58,564 nucleotides of DNA. It comes from Deltaproteobacteria bacterium. GTDB lineage: Bacteria > Desulfobacterota > Desulfuromonadia > Geobacterales > Pseudopelobacteraceae. This document shows positions 50,049-58,564 of this stretch, one piece after another. The stretch's first letter is position 1, and each line of letters starts with the position of its first letter. The position numbers and the translations under genes were made by a program. The notes beneath the pieces were generated by a model. The model searched no databases and was not told the origin of the DNA. It saw only the letters and a program-made list of their open reading frames with translations. The stretch lies in the NCBI GenBank assembly GCA_014380135.1, contig JACMKN010000093.1, positions 1 to 58,564 of the forward strand. Direction: 5' to 3'.

Positions 50049-51071
50049 ATGAACATGAGATTTCTTGATGCCTGTTGGGGCAAACCGGTTGATCGTACAC
50101 CAGTATGGCTGATGCGCCAAGCCGGTCGTTATCTGCCGCAGTATATGGCGGTCCGCTCGAAATGCACCTTTCTGGAACTGTGCAAAACCCCGGAACTGGC
50201 GGCCGAGGTATCCATTCAGCCGGTTGATATTCTGGGGGTGGACGCCGCCATCATGTTCTCCGATATTCTTACTCCGGTCGAACCGATGGGGATGAAGCTG
50301 GATTTTGTGCCCGGTCCGGTCTTTGAAAGCCCGATCCGCAGCATGGCGGATGTGGATAAACTGCGCATTCCGGAGATGGAACAGGATGTCCCCTATGTGC
50401 TGGAGACCATCAAAATCCTGCGCCGCGAACTGGCCTCCAAGGTGCCGTTGATCGGCTTCGGCGGCGCACCCTTTACACTGGCCTGCTACATGGTGGAAGG
50501 CAAGGGTTCCAAGGATTTTGCCCAGATCAAGCGCATGATGTATGCGGCGCCTGAGATCTACGCCGCCCTGATGGAAAAGATCACGATGATGAGCATGGAA
50601 TACCTGAATGCCCAGATCAAGGCTGGGGCCCAGTGCATCCAGATCTTCGACACCTGGGGCGGAATCCTCTCGCCGGCCGATTACGAGCGCTATGTGCTGC
50701 CCTACACAACCAAGCTGATCAACGGTCTGAACCGGATGGAGACACCGGTGATCCACTTCGTCAAGGGCGCCGGCACGATGCTGGACATTGTCAAAAAGGC
50801 CGGCGGAGACGTGATGGGACTGGATTGGCATGCCGACCTGAAAGCAGCCCGCGATGTGCTTGGCCCGCAGATGGCGGTGCAGGGCAACCTGGATCCGACC
50901 GTTCTGTTTGCCACCAAGGAGATCATCGAGCGCGAGGTCAAGCGGGTGCTGGACGAAAACGCCGGCCGTCCCGGCCATATCTTCAACCTGGGACACGGCA
51001 TCCTGCCGACGGTGCCGCCCGAAAATGCGATTTTCATGGTCGAGTGCGTCCATCGCCTGTCGCAGAAATAA
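50049..51071 (+). CDS. hemE: Uroporphyrinogen decarboxylase
   Basis: PVDRTPVWLMRQAGRYLPQY signature. There are three in-frame ATGs (50043, 50049, 50055); 50049 has the best spacing to AGGAG (50037-41). Confidence 0.95.
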   Translation: MNMRFLDACWGKPVDRTPVWLMRQAGRYLPQYMAVRSKCTFLELCKTPELAAEVSIQPVDILGVDAAIMFSDILTPVEPMGMKLDFVPGPVFESPIRSMADVDKLRIPEMEQDVPYVLETIKILRRELASKVPLIGFGGAPFTLACYMVEGKGSKDFAQIKRMMYAAPEIYAALMEKITMMSMEYLNAQIKAGAQCIQIFDTWGGILSPADYERYVLPYTTKLINGLNRMETPVIHFVKGAGTMLDIVKKAGGDVMGLDWHADLKAARDVLGPQMAVQGNLDPTVLFATKEIIEREVKRVLDENAGRPGHIFNLGHGILPTVPPENAIFMVECVHRLSQK

Positions 51072-51095
51072 TTAATCGCATTTACAGGGGCTTCA

Positions 51096-51449
51096 ATGTC
51101 TGTTTCACTGAAAAACATCGTAATATTCGTCACCGACCTGGCCAAGGCCAGGACGTTCTATGTTGACCTGCTGGGCCTACCGGTCGCCGGGCAGAGCGAG
51201 ATGATCATCGAGTTCTTTCCGGGAACCGGTGCCACGATGGGCGTTTCACTGGCTCTGCATGACGATGCCCGCAGCCTGGTCGGCAGACATACCGGCATAA
51301 CTCTTAAGGTGCAGAAAATTGTCGAGCTGTGTGAAACCCTGAAAACCGGCGGTGTAACGTTTGTCGAGCCGCTGGAGTCCAGTCCCTGGGGAAAAATGGC
51401 CGTGGTCCGGGATTTTGACGGCAACCTGCTCGCTCTGGTGGACCGCTGA
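51096..51449 (+). CDS. VOC (glyoxalase/bleomycin-resistance) family protein
   Basis: 117 aa. IVIFVTDLAKARTFYVDLLGL and a C-terminal DFDGNLLALV pattern. Confidence 0.78.
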   Translation: MSVSLKNIVIFVTDLAKARTFYVDLLGLPVAGQSEMIIEFFPGTGATMGVSLALHDDARSLVGRHTGITLKVQKIVELCETLKTGGVTFVEPLESSPWGKMAVVRDFDGNLLALVDR

Positions 51450-51916
51450 TGAAGGTGGTAACCCGTGAACTTCTGGAACAGGTAACAACCGAGGCGCTGA
51501 CAGCGCCGCGTTTGCGCAAAAACCATAATATCCATCGTTCCGATCAATCCCGCTGCCATCGCCTGCTGAACGCCATCGAGCCCGGTTCCTACATTCGCCC
51601 CCATCGCCATCTCGACACCGAAAAAGACGAGGCCTTCATCCTGATGAAAGGTAGTTTGGGGGTCGTCACGTTTGCCGAGGACGGCTCTCCGGCCGAAACC
51701 GTGCTGCTGTCGCACTCGCTCGGCAATCTGGCGGCGGATGTTCCTTCCGGGGTCTATCACACCGCCGTAAGTCTCGAAACCGGCACTGTTTTCTACGAGG
51801 TTAAGGCCGGTCCGTACCTGCCGTTGACAGAGGCTGAAAAGGGCCTCTGGTCACCCGAAGATTGCGACCCGCAGTCGCTGGAATATCTGGAACGCTTGCG
51901 GGGATTGTTCGATTAG
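51449..51916 (+). CDS. WbuC-family cupin-fold metalloprotein
   Basis: APRLRKNHNIHRS...LNAIEPGSYIRPHRH matches my recollection of the WbuC family. 1-nt overlap with the VOC stop. Confidence 0.7.
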   Translation: MKVVTRELLEQVTTEALTAPRLRKNHNIHRSDQSRCHRLLNAIEPGSYIRPHRHLDTEKDEAFILMKGSLGVVTFAEDGSPAETVLLSHSLGNLAADVPSGVYHTAVSLETGTVFYEVKAGPYLPLTEAEKGLWSPEDCDPQSLEYLERLRGLFD

Positions 51917-51917
51917 A

Positions 51918-52520
51918 ATGGCAAAGCGCTGCTGGGTGGTTCTGCTGACGTTGCTGATCATGGGGAGCCTGGCTTCTATCTGCCTGGCGGCCAATCCGGT
52001 GAAGATGCGTCCTTACAGCGGTATTGGAGTGGCCGTCCTTCCCGGCGCAGTTTCCGGCCAGGAACCACCGCCAGCGGTTCATCTGTACCGGGAACCGGGC
52101 CTGTCCCGGCTTGGAACCGTCAATGTTGCGAAGCTGCCGGGCAATGAATGGATCTTCGGTCCGGCGGCGAATCACGTCCCGCTGATCGTTATGGCCCGCA
52201 AGGGAAACTGGCTGCGGGTCTGTTATGATGACGCCGGCCGGGAAGCCTGGATCGACCCGCAAGGCCGGGATGCCTTTCAGACCTGGGATGTGTTTCTCAA
52301 GAGCCGCATGAGCCGCCTGCTGCCGGGACTCCGCAAGCAATATTACCAGTCGTATCTCCAGCCTGACCGGAATCCGGGTGTCACGCTGACGCCCAAGCAG
52401 CCGTTCAAGGTGCTCAAACTGGAACATGACTGGGCCATGGTACTGATGTCAGACCAGGCAGCAATCGCCTGGTTGCGGTGGTGTGATGAAGATGGTCGCC
52501 TGACGATAGGGCTGGATTGA
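51918..52520 (+). CDS. Secreted protein with two SH3-like repeats, function unknown
   Basis: Signal peptide CWVVLLTLLIMGSLASICLAA, plus repeated GNWLRVCYDD..AWI and HDWAMVLMSD..AWL segments. Confidence 0.55.
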   Translation: MAKRCWVVLLTLLIMGSLASICLAANPVKMRPYSGIGVAVLPGAVSGQEPPPAVHLYREPGLSRLGTVNVAKLPGNEWIFGPAANHVPLIVMARKGNWLRVCYDDAGREAWIDPQGRDAFQTWDVFLKSRMSRLLPGLRKQYYQSYLQPDRNPGVTLTPKQPFKVLKLEHDWAMVLMSDQAAIAWLRWCDEDGRLTIGLD

Positions 52521-52608
52521 TAAGACCGGTGGACCGGTATGTTGACAAAATTAAAAGCTTGCGACTTTGTGCGCTGCGAATATTGATAGGAATAGATGAG
52601 GTGCAGTA

Positions 52609-53913
52609 ATGAGAGTCGAACTGGTACCGCCTGGAACAGGCGAACTGACCTACGAAATCAGAAATATCGTCAATGTGGCTGAGAAACTCCAGAAACACGG
52701 AATCAGGATCAACTGGGAAAATATCGGCGATCCGATTGTCAAGGGTGAGGTCATCCCGGCCTGGATGAAGGAAATCGTGGCCAAGGCGGTCATGGACAAC
52801 CATTCCTGGGGTTACTGCCACACCCGTGGCGTGCTGGAAACCCGTGAGTTCATCTGCGAAACTACCAACGCTCGCGGCTGGGCGCAAATCACCCCGGATG
52901 ACATCATCTTCTTTAACGGCCTGGGCGACGCCATCGCCAAGATCTACGGTGCTCTGCGGGCCGAGGCGCGGGTGTTGATGCCCTCTCCGTCCTACACTAC
53001 CCATACCCTGGGCGAGATCGGCCATGCCCACTCGGCGCCGTCCCTGTTTCGCCTTGATCCTGCCAACCGGTGGTATCCGGATATGGAGGATCTGAAAAAC
53101 CATGTCCGCTACAACCCCAATATCTGCGCCATCATGATTATTAATCCTGACAACCCCACCGGCATGGTCTATACCAAGCAGATGCTGGAGGAGATTGTGG
53201 CGGTGGCCCGCGAAAACGATCTGTTCATCATTGCCGACGAGGTCTACACCAACATCGTCTATAACGGCAAAAAAACGGTGCCGATCAGTGATGTGATCGG
53301 CGATGTTCCGGCCATTTCCCTGAAGGGTATTTCAAAAGAGCTGCCCTGGCCCGGTTCGCGCTGCGGCTGGATCGAGGTCTACAATGGCCATAAGGACGAG
53401 CAGTTCCGTAAATATGTCAATCTGATCCTGACCGGCAAGATGAATGAAGTCTGCTCCACGACCCTGCCGCAGATGGTGATACCCGAGATTGTCCGCCATC
53501 CGGAATATGCCGGCTACCTGGCGGAACGCATCGCCAGTTACGAAAAGATGAGCAACATCACCTATGATTTCCTCAGCCAGGTTCCGGCACTGCAGGTCAA
53601 CCGCACCAACGGAGCCTTCTATATGGCGGTGGCCTTCAAGGATGGCCTGCTGAACAGTCGCCAGTCGATCCCGATTGCCAATGCCGAAGTCAAGGAACTG
53701 GTGAATGGCCTGGTCAACCAGCCGGGCGTGTCGCCCGACAAGCGTTTCGTCTACCACATCCTGGCCGCCACCGGCATCTGCATCGTGCCGCTGTCTTCGT
53801 TTTCTACACCGCTGCAGGGTTTCCGCGTGACGCTGCTGGAGAAGGACGAAAACGAGTGCCGCCGAATTTACAGCACGCTGGCGGAGAAGATCGGGGAGTA
53901 TCTCAACTCGTAG
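52609..53913 (+). CDS. Class I/II PLP-dependent aminotransferase (alanine aminotransferase-like)
   Basis: GDPIVKGE, INPDNPTG and a KGISKELPWPGSRCGW lysine motif. Confidence 0.88.
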   Translation: MRVELVPPGTGELTYEIRNIVNVAEKLQKHGIRINWENIGDPIVKGEVIPAWMKEIVAKAVMDNHSWGYCHTRGVLETREFICETTNARGWAQITPDDIIFFNGLGDAIAKIYGALRAEARVLMPSPSYTTHTLGEIGHAHSAPSLFRLDPANRWYPDMEDLKNHVRYNPNICAIMIINPDNPTGMVYTKQMLEEIVAVARENDLFIIADEVYTNIVYNGKKTVPISDVIGDVPAISLKGISKELPWPGSRCGWIEVYNGHKDEQFRKYVNLILTGKMNEVCSTTLPQMVIPEIVRHPEYAGYLAERIASYEKMSNITYDFLSQVPALQVNRTNGAFYMAVAFKDGLLNSRQSIPIANAEVKELVNGLVNQPGVSPDKRFVYHILAATGICIVPLSSFSTPLQGFRVTLLEKDENECRRIYSTLAEKIGEYLNS

Positions 53914-53940
53914 CGTCAATGGCTCCGCAAAGCTGAACGC

Positions 53941-53974
53941 AAAAAGGGGAAAGGCATCTGCCTTTCCCCTTTTT
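53941..53974. terminator. Bidirectional intrinsic terminator (aminotransferase / tatA)
   Basis: Near-perfect palindrome AAAAAGGGGAAAGGCA-TC-TGCCTTTCCCCTTTTT. Confidence 0.78.
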
Positions 53975-53996
53975 GCGTTGTGTAAAACAGCCCAGA

Positions 53997-54185
53997 TCAC
54001 TCCTTCTTGTCGCTATCTTCGCTCTTGGGTTTGATCTCGATTTCGTCCTTGCCGTCCGATGCCTTCTTGAAGTTGCGGATGCTCTTGCCGAGCGCCCCGC
54101 CGATCTCGGGCAGTCGCCCTGCTCCAAAAACAACCAGAACAATTACGAGTATGATTATCAGTTCAGGCATGCCAAATCCAAACAT
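53997..54185 (-). CDS. tatA: Twin-arginine translocase subunit TatA/E
   Basis: [45 protein letters not shown] at 54185 behind GGAGG. Confidence 0.9.
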   Translation of the reverse strand: MFGFGMPELIIILVIVLVVFGAGRLPEIGGALGKSIRNFKKASDGKDEIEIKPKSEDSDKKE

Positions 54186-54437
54186 TGTATCCTCCATGTA
54201 GCGTGCTTTTAATTGTGGCGTCACTATCGCATTGACTCAAAAAAAAATCAAGCACTGCAAGTTTACCTGCCAGCATATGCTGTTTGCTGTAGCGCAACTG
54301 CACCGTACAGGTTACGGCTGAAAGCCCGATAATTCGACCGATTGACACGAACTGGGGCAGATGCTACAAAGCGTACGGCTGTTTAAGTCGCAACTATTTG
54401 AGCATATCAATCAAAGCATGCTGAAAGTGGGGGCTGA

Positions 54438-55460
54438 ATGAAGATGCGGGCAACTATTAACAGGCGGCTATTTGCAGCGGTCCTTGTCCTCTGCCCGGCA
54501 GCCGTTGCCTGTGCCGAAGATATGGAGATTACACCCTTTGTAATATCCAACCAGAGCCCGCTTGTTCAGATCTACGGACTTCCCCGCGAAACCGGAGCCG
54601 ACATAGCTACTCCCGGTCGCCTGATAGTGGCTCTCTCCCAGGATCTGTCCAGCAATTACCTGGTCGTCAGCAAAGCCCGGGAACAGATGATTCTGGACGG
54701 TGAAACATATCGTCTGGCCCTTTCTGCCCGCTATGGACTTGCGGACCGTTGGGAGCTGGGTGTCGAAATCCCCTACATTGTCCAGGGGGGCGGTTTTCTT
54801 GACAGTTATGTCATCGACTGGCATTCGGCCTTCGGCCTGCCCCAGGGTGGCCGTGATAAAGCTCCCAAAGACCGCCTCCGTTACCGTTATCGCAGGGATG
54901 GTGTCCAAAAGCTGAAGATGGATCAGGCCGGTTCCGGCATCGGCGACCTGAGTCTGACGGCCGGGCTTGGCCTCTATGATCAGCGGGGTGACAAGTCACA
55001 TGACCGTCTCGCGCTGAAGGCGGCCCTGAAACTGCCGACCGGAGACAGCACCTCACTGCGTGGCAGTGGCGGGACCGATTTCATGCTGCAGTTGTGCGGC
55101 AGCATGACCAATTACAGCGAGTGGGGCTCACTGGGGGTGTTCGGCTCCTTGGGCGGTCTGGTGATGTCCGATGGAGATGTGCTGCGCGACCAGCATAACA
55201 ATCTGGCCGGGTCTGGCACGCTGGGACTGGGCTGGGGGCCTGCTCCCTGGATATCCTTCAAGGTGCAGTTGAACGGAAATACCCCTTTATATCGCGGCAG
55301 TTCGCTGGACGGACTTTCGGGCAGTTCGCTGATGCTGGTTTCCGGGGGAGCGCTCAGGCTTCCCGGTGAATGTCTGCTGGATATCGGTGTCACGGAGGAT
55401 GTGGCGGTCGGCACAGCGCCGGATGTGGGCTTTCATCTGGGATTGAGCAGGAAATTCTGA
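54438..55460 (+). CDS. DUF3187-like outer-membrane protein
   Basis: Signal peptide, a beta-rich alternating pattern and a C-terminal F. The family call is from memory. Confidence 0.65.
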   Translation: MKMRATINRRLFAAVLVLCPAAVACAEDMEITPFVISNQSPLVQIYGLPRETGADIATPGRLIVALSQDLSSNYLVVSKAREQMILDGETYRLALSARYGLADRWELGVEIPYIVQGGGFLDSYVIDWHSAFGLPQGGRDKAPKDRLRYRYRRDGVQKLKMDQAGSGIGDLSLTAGLGLYDQRGDKSHDRLALKAALKLPTGDSTSLRGSGGTDFMLQLCGSMTNYSEWGSLGVFGSLGGLVMSDGDVLRDQHNNLAGSGTLGLGWGPAPWISFKVQLNGNTPLYRGSSLDGLSGSSLMLVSGGALRLPGECLLDIGVTEDVAVGTAPDVGFHLGLSRKF

Positions 55461-55497
55461 AACAAGAAAGCCCCGAAATTCGGGGCTTTCTTGTTTC
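55459..55497. terminator. Bidirectional intrinsic terminator (DUF3187 gene / leuD)
   Basis: GAAACAAGAAAGCCCCG / CGGGGCTTTCTTGTTTC, a long perfect palindrome. Confidence 0.78.
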
Positions 55498-55512
55498 AGA
55501 TTCACCTGCCAA

Positions 55513-56040
55513 TCAGTATTTCCGGTCGGCGTAATCGACCCAACCGCCGGCCAGAACCAGCGCCCTGTCGAAGGGGGATATTTCAAAGCTGAAGCTCTTC
55601 TGCTGGCCGCCGCCTTTCATAGTCAGCGTGCCGGTCTCGATATTGATATCCATGACGGCATCTTCATCGCCGGCATGAGACATAATCTGGTCCAGGTCGC
55701 TCTTGGGAAGTTCGATGGCCGCCATGCCGCAGTTGAACATGTTCTGACGGAAGATGCGTGCGAAGGATTCGGCAATCACGGCGGTGATGCCGTTGACCTC
55801 GAACACCCAGGGGGCATGTTCGCGGGACGAACCGCAGCCGAAGTTGGCGCGGGAGACGATCACGCGGGCATTCCTGGTTTTAGGCCCTTTTGCATCGAAA
55901 CCGGGCAGTTTCAGGTCTTCCAGAATATACGGCTTCAGGTCTTCCTTGGTGATCTCGGTCAGGTATTTGGCAGGGATGATTTCGTCGGTATTGATGTCGC
56001 CGCGGTCGAGAAAGAGAACCGGGCCTCCGAATGTTTTCAT
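55513..56040 (-). CDS. leuD: 3-isopropylmalate dehydratase small subunit (aconitase swivel domain)
   Basis: DINTDEIIPAKYL and GCGSSREHAPW motifs. Confidence 0.9.
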   Translation of the reverse strand: MKTFGGPVLFLDRGDINTDEIIPAKYLTEITKEDLKPYILEDLKLPGFDAKGPKTRNARVIVSRANFGCGSSREHAPWVFEVNGITAVIAESFARIFRQNMFNCGMAAIELPKSDLDQIMSHAGDEDAVMDINIETGTLTMKGGGQQKSFSFEISPFDRALVLAGGWVDYADRKY

Positions 56041-56071
56041 ATGTTCACTCCTTGAAAGATAAAATAAGATG

Positions 56072-57355
56072 TTACAGATATTTCCTCGGGTCGGCGATCT
56101 TTCCTTCTATCGCGCTGGCCGCCGCCGTGGCCGGCGACATCAGGTGCACCATGCCCCCTTTGCCCATGCGACCCATGAAGTTGCGGTTGGTGGTCGAAGC
56201 GCAGACCTCCCCCTCGGCCAGTACGCCGTTGCTCATCCCCAGGCAGGCTCCGCAGGTCGGGTTGGTGACGCAGAAGCCGGCTTCCATGAAGATGTCGATC
56301 AGCCCTTCATGCATGGCCTCCTGCTGAATTTTCGGGGTAGCCGGCGAGAGGATGCCGCGCACGTTGGGAGCCAGTTTGCGCCCTTTCAAAATCTGTGCAG
56401 CGATGCGCAGGTCTTCGATGCGGCCATTGGTGCAGGATCCGATGTAGATCTGATCAAGCGGGGTGCCGGCCATTTCGGATACGGTCTTGACCTGATCCGG
56501 TTTGTAGCCGAAGGTGACCGTTGGCTGCAGGGTGGTGACATCGATCTCGATGGTCTGGTCATATTCGGCGTCAGCGTCAGCACGCCATTGTGAATAGTCG
56601 GCCAGGGCGGCTTCCTTGCTGGCGAAGTCGCCGCTGATGAAGGGCCACAGGTACTCGACAGTGGTCATGTCCGGCTGACAGATGCCGGATGTTCCACCGG
56701 CCTCAATGGCCATGTTGCAGAGCGTCATGCGCGATTCCATCGTCATTTCACCAATGGTGGAACCGTGGAATTCCATGACCCGGTCGGTGGCGCCGTTGAC
56801 GCCGATCTTGCCGATGATATGCAGGATGACGTCCTTGGCGTAGACCCCTTTGGGCAGTGCACCGTTGACATTGAATTTGATCGTTTTGGGCTGGCGGAAG
56901 GCGCAGACCCCTTTCAGGATGCCGACCTCCAGGTCGGTGGTGCCGATGCCGGCCGCAAAGGCACCGAAAGCGCCGTGGGTACAGGTATGGGAATCGCCCA
57001 TGATGACCGTATAGCCGGGACGAATGAAGCCCCGCTCTGGGAACAGGGCGTGGCAGACGCCGTTGGCGCCGACGTCGAAAAAGTCCTTGATGTTGTGGCG
57101 GCGGGCCCAGTCGCGCAGGATCTTGGCCTGGGTAGCGGTCTTGCTGTCCTTGCTGGGGGTGACATGGTCGATAACGGCCTTGATCCTGGTCGGATCAAAG
57201 ACGCGGTCCTTGTCGCGGCGGATCAGGTCGTCGATGGCGATCGGCGTCGTGATCTCGTGGCAGAGCACTGCATCCAGCCGCAGCACCTTGGTGCCGGGAA
57301 ACGGTTCGTTTACCAGGTGAGCATCAAATATTTTTTCAGCGGTTGTTTTACCCAT
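56072..57355 (-). CDS. leuC: 3-isopropylmalate / 2-methylmalate dehydratase large subunit
   Basis: Aconitase-family Fe-S ligand motifs GDSHTCTHGA and IGSCTNGRIEDL. This is the 427-aa short type. Confidence 0.92.
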   Translation of the reverse strand: MGKTTAEKIFDAHLVNEPFPGTKVLRLDAVLCHEITTPIAIDDLIRRDKDRVFDPTRIKAVIDHVTPSKDSKTATQAKILRDWARRHNIKDFFDVGANGVCHALFPERGFIRPGYTVIMGDSHTCTHGAFGAFAAGIGTTDLEVGILKGVCAFRQPKTIKFNVNGALPKGVYAKDVILHIIGKIGVNGATDRVMEFHGSTIGEMTMESRMTLCNMAIEAGGTSGICQPDMTTVEYLWPFISGDFASKEAALADYSQWRADADAEYDQTIEIDVTTLQPTVTFGYKPDQVKTVSEMAGTPLDQIYIGSCTNGRIEDLRIAAQILKGRKLAPNVRGILSPATPKIQQEAMHEGLIDIFMEAGFCVTNPTCGACLGMSNGVLAEGEVCASTTNRNFMGRMGKGGMVHLMSPATAAASAIEGKIADPRKYL

Positions 57356-57550
57356 ATTCAGTAACCTCGCATGATTCAGGATTCAAAACTTGTAGCATAA
57401 TATTAGGCGCAAAGTAAACCGGTGAACTTTTTTTTGATGATCCGATATGGCCGTGTCAACCGGATTTTGGATGGAAAACAACATTGAGCATGATATAAGG
57501 TCAGCGGTAATTTGAACTCCGGATAATCGGGATAATGATGGAGAACTGAA

Positions 57551-58300
57551 ATGCATCCTGAAAATATCAAGAATCTGCTCCAATCCGTCAGGGACGGGGC
57601 GCTTTCCATCGACGATGCCCTGCAGCATCTCAAGCAGCTCCCCTATCAGGATCTGGGGTGCGCCCAGGTCGATCATCATCGCGAACTGCGCCAAGGGATG
57701 CCGGAGGTGATCTTCGGTGAAGGCAAAACGGTTGAGCAGATCCTGGCGATCATGACCGCCATGTCCGCCAAGGGCAGCAGCGTGCTGGTGACGCGCCTGG
57801 CTCAGGAAAAGTCCCGCAAGATCCTGACGGTCTTTCCGGCGGCCTGCTATCACGGGGAAGCCCGCTGCCTGACGCTGGAGCAAAAGCCACCGGAGCAGCG
57901 CGGCAAGGGCACCATTCTGGTCATATCGGCCGGCACCTCCGACATTCCGGTGGCGGCCGAAGCGCTGCTGACGGCGAGTTTTCTCGGCAATACTGTCGAG
58001 CATGTCTATGACGTCGGAGTGGCCGGCCTTCACCGGCTGCTGGCGCGGGGTGAACAGCTGGCGGCCGCTTCAGTCATAATAGTGGTGGCCGGTATGGAGG
58101 GTGCGCTCCCTTCGGTGGTAGGGGGGCTGGTGGACAAACCTGTCATTGCGGTACCGACTTCGGTCGGCTACGGCGCATCCTTCGGCGGCATCGCGGCACT
58201 GTTGGGGATGCTCAATTCCTGTGCCGCCGGCGTGACGGTCGTAAACATCGACAATGGCTTCGGCGCGGCCTGCGCCGCCAGTCTGATCAATCGGGTGTGA
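57551..58300 (+). CDS. larB: Nickel-pincer cofactor biosynthesis protein LarB (PurE-like carboxylase/hydrolase)
   Basis: LPYQDLGCAQVDHHRELRQGMPEVIFGEGKT N-terminus and a GMEGALPSVVGGL PurE-fold motif. Confidence 0.86.
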   Translation: MHPENIKNLLQSVRDGALSIDDALQHLKQLPYQDLGCAQVDHHRELRQGMPEVIFGEGKTVEQILAIMTAMSAKGSSVLVTRLAQEKSRKILTVFPAACYHGEARCLTLEQKPPEQRGKGTILVISAGTSDIPVAAEALLTASFLGNTVEHVYDVGVAGLHRLLARGEQLAAASVIIVVAGMEGALPSVVGGLVDKPVIAVPTSVGYGASFGGIAALLGMLNSCAAGVTVVNIDNGFGAACAASLINRV

Positions 58301-58363
58301 AAGGCGTGTTGACTGAATGACGTTTAAAGCATACAATTTCATCATATTCAGGAGGCGTATTAT

Positions 58364-58564
58364 ATGCGTGCAACTTTAAACATACCTGACGAGCTTATCA
58401 ATGAGGTGCAACGCCTTTCCGGAGAAAAAACCAAGACCCAGGCGATTGTTACTGTGATGGAAGATTATGTGCGCCGTAAAAAAATGGAAGATCTGTTGGC
58501 CCTGCGCGGCAAAATTTCCATTGACTACGAATGGGAGCGGGAAGAGGAGGCCGAACTAAAGGCT
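58364..58564 (+). CDS. VapB-type (DUF2191-like) antitoxin, 3' end cut by the window
   Basis: MRATLNIPDELINEVQRLSGEKTKTQAIVTVMEDYVRRKK is the typical RHH-like VapB N-terminus. GGAGG RBS at 58351-55. No stop is reached. Confidence 0.6.
   Translation, partial: MRATLNIPDELINEVQRLSGEKTKTQAIVTVMEDYVRRKKMEDLLALRGKISIDYEWEREEEAELKA

Overview
This 58.6-kb chromosomal window is G+C-rich, densely coded and mostly housekeeping. The protein sequences look like a Desulfuromonadales/Geobacter-type deltaproteobacterium; that is inference from sequence flavour only. Region 1-18.5 kb: tail of phoU, then a complete, tightly coupled dcw cluster on the minus strand (mraZ-rsmH-ftsL-ftsI-murE-murF-mraY-murD-ftsW-murG-murC-murB-ddl-ftsQ-ftsA-ftsZ). 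A sigma70-like promoter and three 10-bp-phased GTGGAA repeats sit upstream of mraZ. Region 18.6-40.7 kb: aminotransferase, a DHH-CBS-nucleotidyltransferase fusion, ppnP, gluQ, an Slp lipoprotein, selU, fba, a PilZ plus GAF-MCP pair, panBCD behind a structured terminator-containing leader, an amidohydrolase, DUF4911, tex, a B12-radical SAM/CapA pair, serS and tRNA-Ser(UGA). Region 40.75-42.8 kb: an AT-rich islet directly 3' of tRNA-Ser, carrying a zinc-ribbon/DUF2628 membrane protein, an orphan receiver and a small membrane protein; no integrase is present. Region 42.8-48.8 kb: a Cache-HAMP-PAS histidine kinase followed by three paralogous receiver proteins, one of them HD-GYP. Region 48.9-58.5 kb: S4-like protein, TPR protein, hemE, VOC, WbuC cupin, a secreted protein, aminotransferase, tatA, DUF3187, leuDC, larB and the start of a VapB-like antitoxin. 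I found no CRISPR array, transposase, integrase, phage genes or recognisable defence genes, and I cannot point to a convincing wholly new multi-gene system. The best leads are the panBCD leader RNA, the tRNA-Ser islet, the one-kinase/three-receiver module, the PilZ-MCP pair and a palindromic or tandem-repeat in-frame segment inside murE. Coordinates of non-ORF elements were indexed by eye and may be off by 1-2 nt.
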